Below, piece by piece: positions 58,420 through 64,000 of a DNA stretch of 64,000 nt. Position 1 is the stretch's first letter. The number at the start of each line of letters is the position of its first letter. The DNA is taken from contig JAFPUF010000130.1 in assembly GCA_017395545.1 (NCBI GenBank), positions 435 to 64,434 of the forward strand, in the 5' to 3' direction. The position numbers and the translations under genes are program-made. Source of the stretch: Treponema sp. (GTDB lineage: Bacteria > Spirochaetota > Spirochaetia > Treponematales > Treponemataceae). The notes beneath the pieces were generated by a model. The model was not told the origin of the DNA. It ran no database searches and saw nothing but the letters and a program-made list of their open reading frames with translations.

Positions 58420-59340
58420 TTACCTGATTCCGGTTACGTCGCGCATCATTTCGTTGAGGTCGTATTCAATCGAGACTTTTCTGAATCCGGCGGCTTTGAA
58501 GAGTTCTGCCGTTTCTTCTGCATTATATTCTCCGGTCTCCATTATCAGAACACCGTTCGGATTTAAGTGCTCGTAACACTGCGGAACAAGTCTGCGTATC
58601 AGGGAAAGCCCGTCGTCCGTACCGCAGGCTTCTCCGTTTTCGTTTACGTCACCGTCAAGAGCCAGAAGCGGTTCGTTTCGTCCGTCCTTTAAAAGTTCAA
58701 TGCTTTCTGAATGGGGAACATAAGGCGGGTTTGTGGCTATCAGGTCAAAAGATTTTGATATATTGGCGAAGAGGTTTGAAATCTGAAAACTGAAAGAAGA
58801 ATTGAGGTTTTGCCGGTTTTTATCCTGATTTTCTGAGTCAAAAAGTCGTGATGCGTTTTTCCTTGCGACTTCGAGAGCTGCTTCACTTATATCTGCCATC
58901 GTGAGTGCGATTGATTTTCCGGCCGGAATGGACTTTGCGATTGAAAGACCGACGCAGCCGCTTCCCGTGCACATGTCGCATACTGTCGGGACTGCGTTAG
59001 TGTGAGCGCGGAATTTATCTTCAAGTGCGTCAAGCGAGAGTTCTACAAGAAGTTCCGTGTCCGGTTTTGGAATAAGCACGGCTGGCGTTACATAAAAATC
59101 CAGTCCGAAAAATTCTTTGTGGCCTGTGATGTAAGCGACCGGAAGCCCCGTTTTTCTTTTGTCTATTGCGGCAAGAAAAAGTTTTTCCTGGCTTTCATTG
59201 AGTTCTGTATCCCGATTTAAAAGAAGATGTGTTTTGTCAAGGCCAGTTATGAACTGAAGGAGAACGTCCGTGTCCAGAACCGGGGTAGGGGAAGAAGTGA
59301 GCGATGCTTTTCCGTAATTTTTTGCATTCTGAATCGTCAT
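58420..59340 (-). CDS. prmC: Release factor glutamine methyltransferase
   Basis: PVAYITGHKEFFG, VLIPKPDTE, DMCTGSGC, TNPPY, EP..ALDG. Confidence 0.95.
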   Translation of the reverse strand: MTIQNAKNYGKASLTSSPTPVLDTDVLLQFITGLDKTHLLLNRDTELNESQEKLFLAAIDKRKTGLPVAYITGHKEFFGLDFYVTPAVLIPKPDTELLVELSLDALEDKFRAHTNAVPTVCDMCTGSGCVGLSIAKSIPAGKSIALTMADISEAALEVARKNASRLFDSENQDKNRQNLNSSFSFQISNLFANISKSFDLIATNPPYVPHSESIELLKDGRNEPLLALDGDVNENGEACGTDDGLSLIRRLVPQCYEHLNPNGVLIMETGEYNAEETAELFKAAGFRKVSIEYDLNEMMRDVTGIR

Positions 59341-59351
59341 TTTCTTTGCTT

Positions 59352-61214
59352 TTATTCGCTTTCGTCGTCGTTTTCGTCTTCAGAAGCGTGCGGAGGAGTC
59401 TGATTCTGGCTGTCTTCTGCTTTTTTTGTTTTTTCCGCAGCCATTTCCTGCTCAGTTTTCTTTGAGTGACCGGTTATCGAGCCCTTAAAAACATCGCACA
59501 GAATTTTTACGGAAGAAGGTGCAGTCTCTTCGACTGGCGGCCCCTGGACGATTTGTTTGAGAACGACTTCAAAGCGGATTTTTTCGCCGAGAAGTTCAGA
59601 CAGAAAATTTGAGATGTTCGCTGAATGTGAGTCGAGCTGCATCTTCAGAAAGGAAGAAGATACCTGTGTCGTTACGCTTCCTGAAGACCTTATCCAGTCC
59701 CCGGTCTGTAAAAGGGAACTTCCAATCATCGGATCCCTTACCGAAAGTTCCTTGATTGCAAGATTCCGGAAATCTGAGTCACTGCTGAATTGAGCAGGTT
59801 GTACAGGTGCCGCCGCTGTTTGTTGAGGCGGTACAGCTCCGCCGTAACTAAAAGATGGTGTCTGTGCCTGAGGGGATGCCTCGTCAGATCTCGGAACATC
59901 CGTAACCACCCGGTTGAGGTATGGATTTGCCGGATTCGGAGCATTTGCTGGTGCCTGAGAAGCGGATGTTTGCTGCAGGGCTGGCTGAGAAGGCTCAGAC
60001 TGCGGAATTGAAATGAACTGACGCCTTGCCTGTGGAGCCGAAGCAGGGGTACTGAGCGTAGTCGAAGTACCCTGCATTAAAAGCGATTTTGCCTCGTCTA
60101 CAGCCTTTTTGACTTCGGCCGGAGAAACATACTGAGAAAGCCAGCTCAATCTTGAGAATGCGAGTTCCAGTTCGTAGCGCGGTGAAAGAGAGTATCGGAT
60201 ATCGCGGTAAAGCTGGAGAAGAATTGAAAGCGCCCGCTCAAGTTGAACGGGATTCCAGGCCTTCAAAACTGTCTGTGAATATCTGTCGTATGACTGTCCG
60301 AGCAGCGCTTCTTTTGTGATTCCTGCGCGGATCAGAAGGAGGGAGCGAAGATAGTCGGTGCAGTTTACGATGAACTGCTCGATTGAGACGCCGTTCTGTA
60401 AAAATTCGTCGATTTTAAGGAGCGCATCCTGGCATTTATTCTGGGCTGCATCCTCAAAAATGGCGTTGAGCCTGTCCACTCCAACGAGACCGAGCTTGTC
60501 GCGGATTTTGTCGTATGTGATGTGGTCGCCGGAAAAAGCTGCAACCTGGTCGAAAAGCGTGTAAGCGTCACGGACTGAGCCGGTGGATTCGCGCGCGACC
60601 CAGTAAAGTGCTTCGTCATCGGCCTTGATATTGATTTCAGCGGCTGCCTCAGCAAGAAGCTGCTTGACCCGCTCAATCGGAACGAGCCTGAAATTGAACT
60701 GCTGGCAGCGGGATTTAATTGTAGCCGGAACTTTCTGTAACTCGGTTGTTGCAAAGATAAAAATGCAGTATGCCGGTGGTTCTTCGATTGTTTTGAGCAG
60801 GGCGTTGAAAGCCGAGGTCGAAAGCATATGGACCTCGTCGATGATGTAAATTTTGTAGCGCGAGCCCTGCGGTGGAAAAAGGATTTCGTCCTTAATCTGG
60901 CGGACGTCGTTTACAGAAGTGTTTGACGCACCGTCGATTTCGATTACGTCTGTGCTTGTGCCCTTTGTGATTTCAAGACACTGCTGGCACTGTCCGCACG
61001 GGGTAGCAGTAGGACCGTTCGCGCAGTTGAGTGCTTTTGCGAGGATTCGTGCGGTTGATGTCTTACCGCAGCCACGGGGGCCGGAAAAAAGATACGCATG
61101 AGCTATTTTCTGAGACTGAATTGCGTTTTTTAGTGTTTCGGCAACAAATTCCTGACCTGCAAGGGCTTCAAAAGCCTGCGGACGACGACGGGTCGCGGTT
61201 ACTTCATAAGACAT
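59352..61214 (-). CDS. dnaX: DNA polymerase III subunit gamma/tau
   Basis: GPRGCGKTS, C4 Zn finger, EIDGASN, IIDEVHML, TIKSRCQ; Pro/Gln/Ala-rich linker. Confidence 0.97.
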   Translation of the reverse strand: MSYEVTATRRRPQAFEALAGQEFVAETLKNAIQSQKIAHAYLFSGPRGCGKTSTARILAKALNCANGPTATPCGQCQQCLEITKGTSTDVIEIDGASNTSVNDVRQIKDEILFPPQGSRYKIYIIDEVHMLSTSAFNALLKTIEEPPAYCIFIFATTELQKVPATIKSRCQQFNFRLVPIERVKQLLAEAAAEINIKADDEALYWVARESTGSVRDAYTLFDQVAAFSGDHITYDKIRDKLGLVGVDRLNAIFEDAAQNKCQDALLKIDEFLQNGVSIEQFIVNCTDYLRSLLLIRAGITKEALLGQSYDRYSQTVLKAWNPVQLERALSILLQLYRDIRYSLSPRYELELAFSRLSWLSQYVSPAEVKKAVDEAKSLLMQGTSTTLSTPASAPQARRQFISIPQSEPSQPALQQTSASQAPANAPNPANPYLNRVVTDVPRSDEASPQAQTPSFSYGGAVPPQQTAAAPVQPAQFSSDSDFRNLAIKELSVRDPMIGSSLLQTGDWIRSSGSVTTQVSSSFLKMQLDSHSANISNFLSELLGEKIRFEVVLKQIVQGPPVEETAPSSVKILCDVFKGSITGHSKKTEQEMAAEKTKKAEDSQNQTPPHASEDENDDESE

Positions 61215-61362
61215 AGGGGTATTTTACTTAAAAAAACTGATTGTTACAATTAGATAATTAAAGAACTCTTGTAAATTGCAAAACCCGTCATTCTGCCTAT
61301 TGCATAAAAATTATTGTCATACTAAATTACTAGGTAATATTTCAGAGTAATCGGAGGCTTTT

Positions 61363-62355
61363 ATGAAAAAAGTTTTTCTTTTGATTGCGGCAATTGCTTC
61401 GCTTTCATTTATGTCGTGTGAAAAAAATATTAAGGAACTTCGGGTTTATTCAATCATTCACGATGAAGAAACAGAGGCCCTTACAAAACTCTTTACCGAA
61501 AAAACGGGAATTCCTGTCACTTATTTAAGGGCGACCACCGGAGAACTCGTGAACCGGGTTATCACTGAAAAAGACGATCCTATGGCAGACATCCTTCTCG
61601 GCGGCGCTTCAAGCTATCATATTCAGGCTGCGAAGGAAGGTGCGCTTGAAAGTTACGCTTCTCCGCTCGCAAAAAATCTTCCGTCTTATGCTGTCTCTTC
61701 CGACAATACCTGGACAGGATTCTGCGTTCTTCTGCTTGGAATCGGCGTGAACGAAAAGCGTTTTGCCGAAAAATTTCCGACTGTTCCGTTCCCCTTCACA
61801 TGGGAAGACCTCCTCAATCCAGAATTTAAGGGCGAAATCGTTATGACTAATCCTGTCGCTTCGAGCACAGGTTATCTCTTCGTTCAGAATCAGCTTCAGA
61901 GACTTGGTGATGAAAAAGGCTGGGAGTATCTTCTTGAGCTTTCAAAAAATATCGGTCAGTTCCCGGATTCAGGAAGCGCTCCTGCAAAACTTCTCGGAAC
62001 CGGAGAATATACAATCGGCATTTCATATCTCCATGCGCTCGCAAAATACAGGGCCCAGGGCTTTGAACTGAAATCTGTTGCACCTCCGAAATCTGCCGGG
62101 GACGTTGACTGCGTTTCAATTCTGAAGAATTCAAAAAATCTCAGTGCTGCAAAGAAATTCGTTGATTTTATGCTTTCAAAAGAAGCTCAGGATCTGATGA
62201 GTTCGCTCACATTCACGACTCCTGTAAATACTGAGGCTGTCGCACCTGAGGGAGCCGTCTATATCCAGGATATTGATTTGATTGACTATGACGTTCAGAA
62301 AGCATCAGTTGAAAAGGATGCCGTTCTCGAAAAATGGAGCAAGTCAGTTAAATAA
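61363..62355 (+). CDS. Fe3+/thiamine-type ABC transporter substrate-binding lipoprotein
   Basis: GGAGG RBS; lipobox FMSC; FTEKTGI, WEDLLNPEFKGEI..NP..SSTG, AAKKFVDFMLS. Confidence 0.85.
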   Translation: MKKVFLLIAAIASLSFMSCEKNIKELRVYSIIHDEETEALTKLFTEKTGIPVTYLRATTGELVNRVITEKDDPMADILLGGASSYHIQAAKEGALESYASPLAKNLPSYAVSSDNTWTGFCVLLLGIGVNEKRFAEKFPTVPFPFTWEDLLNPEFKGEIVMTNPVASSTGYLFVQNQLQRLGDEKGWEYLLELSKNIGQFPDSGSAPAKLLGTGEYTIGISYLHALAKYRAQGFELKSVAPPKSAGDVDCVSILKNSKNLSAAKKFVDFMLSKEAQDLMSSLTFTTPVNTEAVAPEGAVYIQDIDLIDYDVQKASVEKDAVLEKWSKSVK

Positions 62356-62357
62356 TA

Positions 62358-63986
62358 ATGTCTGTTTTCCCCGCTCTGCCAGCAAAAAAAGATAAAACGA
62401 TGATTCTTCTCTATCTTTCTGTGATTTTTGTGGTAACGGCGGGGATTGTTTTTCCTCTTCTTTTCGTACTTTTATCCCCATCTTTAAAAGATTTTGTCAA
62501 AGTCTTTACTTCTGATGTATGGCTTTCAGCTATGCGGAATACCGTCCTTGAATGTGTCTGCTCGACGAGTCTTTCTGTTCTTGTCGGCTACCTTTTTGCC
62601 TACGCTGTAATCAAGGCTGACATTCCTTTCAAAAAGATTTTCGGTTTTATCCCGGTCCTGCACCTTATGACTCCTCCTTTTGTCGGCGGACTTTCCTTCA
62701 TCCTTCTTTTCGGCCGTCAGGGATTTTTCACTCATACGCTTCTCGGCCTTGATATAAGTCTTTACGGCTTTCAGGGGCTTCTGATTGCACAGACTCTGTG
62801 TTTTTTTCCGATTGCGTATCTGATTTGTGCCCAGGTGTTAAAACGTGTTCCGCCGAGCCTTGAGCAGGCTGCCCGTGCGATGGGAGCGTCAAAGGCACGG
62901 ATTGCGCTTACGGTGACGCTTCCTCTCTGCGCGAACGGAATAATTTCGGCAGCACTTTTTATTGCGGTCTCGGTCCTCAGTGATTTCGGAAACCCGATGA
63001 TTGTCGCCGGGCGTTTCAGGGTCCTTGCGGTTGAGGTCTACACCCAGCTCACCGGCTGGATAAATGCGGGCACAAGCTGTGTTCTGGGACTCGTTCTGGT
63101 TCTTCCTTCAGTGGTTCTTTTTATCCTTCAGAATGTGATGAGCAGAAAGCAGCTTGAAAAACTTGCTACGGTCGGCTCGAAGTCTTCGCCTCTTCCTGAA
63201 AAAAAATCATCTCCAGTCACAAGAATCCTTCTTTTCATTTTCTGTCTTTTTATCTCGCTTCTGATTTTGGCGCAGTTCCTTTCAATTCTGGCAGGCTCGT
63301 TTCAGAAAATCTGGGGTGTCAATCCGAAATTCACCCTTGATCACTTCAAGATGATGGGAAAATTTACCCGGGAACTCACAAATTCCATTGGGTTCGCCTT
63401 CATTGCGGCCGTTTTCAGCACGCTTATTGCAAGTCTTTCCGTGTTTTTTGTTTCGAGAACAAATATGCCGTTAAAAAAATATCTTGATTCATGCGTTCAG
63501 ATTCCTGCTGCCGTTCCGGGAAGCCTTTTCGGTCTTGCGCTTTCCCTTACGGCTGCCCGCCTTCATATTCATGCTTCGGGCTTTATGATAGTTCTTGCGA
63601 TGACAGTCGCATTCATGCCTTTTTCGTACAGAATTATATCAACGGTCTTTTCTCAGATAAAAACAACCCTGGATGACGGAGCCCGCTCTCTTGGAGCCGG
63701 AAAAATGCAGGTCTTTACGACAGTTCTTGCACCGCTGGGGGCCGGAGGAATTTTTTCTTCGTTTATTTATGATTTTGTGCGCGGAGTCGGAACGATAAGT
63801 TCGGTGATTTTTCTTGTTTCATTTAAGACTCCGCTTGCTTCGATAAAAATTTTAAATCTTGCCGAGCAGGGAGAATGGGGAAAAGCCGCCGCTCTTGCGA
63901 CGATTCTCACCACGCTCACTTTTGCCCTGCTCTTTACCGGAAAAATTATAACGCGCCGACAAGTTTCGCAATCAGGGCCATTCTGA
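62358..63986 (+). CDS. Fe3+-type ABC transporter permease (FbpB-like, two EAA loops)
   Basis: TPPFVGG..FGRQG, LEQAARAMGA, SDFGNP, LDDGARSLGA. Confidence 0.88.
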   Translation: MSVFPALPAKKDKTMILLYLSVIFVVTAGIVFPLLFVLLSPSLKDFVKVFTSDVWLSAMRNTVLECVCSTSLSVLVGYLFAYAVIKADIPFKKIFGFIPVLHLMTPPFVGGLSFILLFGRQGFFTHTLLGLDISLYGFQGLLIAQTLCFFPIAYLICAQVLKRVPPSLEQAARAMGASKARIALTVTLPLCANGIISAALFIAVSVLSDFGNPMIVAGRFRVLAVEVYTQLTGWINAGTSCVLGLVLVLPSVVLFILQNVMSRKQLEKLATVGSKSSPLPEKKSSPVTRILLFIFCLFISLLILAQFLSILAGSFQKIWGVNPKFTLDHFKMMGKFTRELTNSIGFAFIAAVFSTLIASLSVFFVSRTNMPLKKYLDSCVQIPAAVPGSLFGLALSLTAARLHIHASGFMIVLAMTVAFMPFSYRIISTVFSQIKTTLDDGARSLGAGKMQVFTTVLAPLGAGGIFSSFIYDFVRGVGTISSVIFLVSFKTPLASIKILNLAEQGEWGKAAALATILTTLTFALLFTGKIITRRQVSQSGPF

Positions 63987-64000
63987 CGTACATTCCGTAC

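Noticed and set aside
59420-59428. A-run in dnaX as the gamma/tau frameshift site
   Set aside because: Only about 22 codons from the stop, so it could not yield a gamma-sized product; no stimulatory hairpin seen.
61215-61362. Fur/DtxR box or riboswitch upstream of the Fe3+-type ABC operon
   Set aside because: No convincing consensus match; the imperfect palindrome there coincides with the dnaX -35.
1-64000. CRISPR array, prophage or integrative element
   Set aside because: No regularly spaced repeats, cas, integrase, transposase or phage genes seen; no duplicated tRNA 3' end noticed.

Overview
A 64-kb chromosomal segment that reads as a gut/rumen Treponema-like spirochaete (spirochaetal lipoboxes, pallilysin-related protein, Treponema-style MCP; taxonomy is inferred). 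It is mostly housekeeping: Y-family polymerase with a YolD-like partner, LysM/M23 protein, tRNA-Asp and tRNA-Pro, transporters, ilvC, nnr, RluA, M20 peptidase, parAB, a peptide ABC transporter, MCP, efp, prmC, dnaX and an Fe3+-type ABC transporter. I saw no integrase, transposase, reverse transcriptase, phage genes or CRISPR array. The dominant accessory feature is a tandem pair of giant paralogous lipoproteins (3909 and about 4182 aa, 31440-56036). Their roughly 22 Ig-like stalk modules match one-to-one, but the C-terminal heads diverge and are encoded by AT-richer DNA bracketed by conserved motifs (DDRYL upstream, W(D/E)xMxxPAL downstream). This suggests a polymorphic adhesin system with swappable tips, the best candidate here for an undescribed system. 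Other signals: at least eight genes look leaderless; two clear sigma-28 promoters; three families of short structured repeats that overlap or sit in-frame within genes; an Arg32-type EF-P with no adjacent earP; a pallilysin-like/OmpA fusion; and swapped parS half-sites upstream of parA. Family calls come from motif recognition only; no searches were run.
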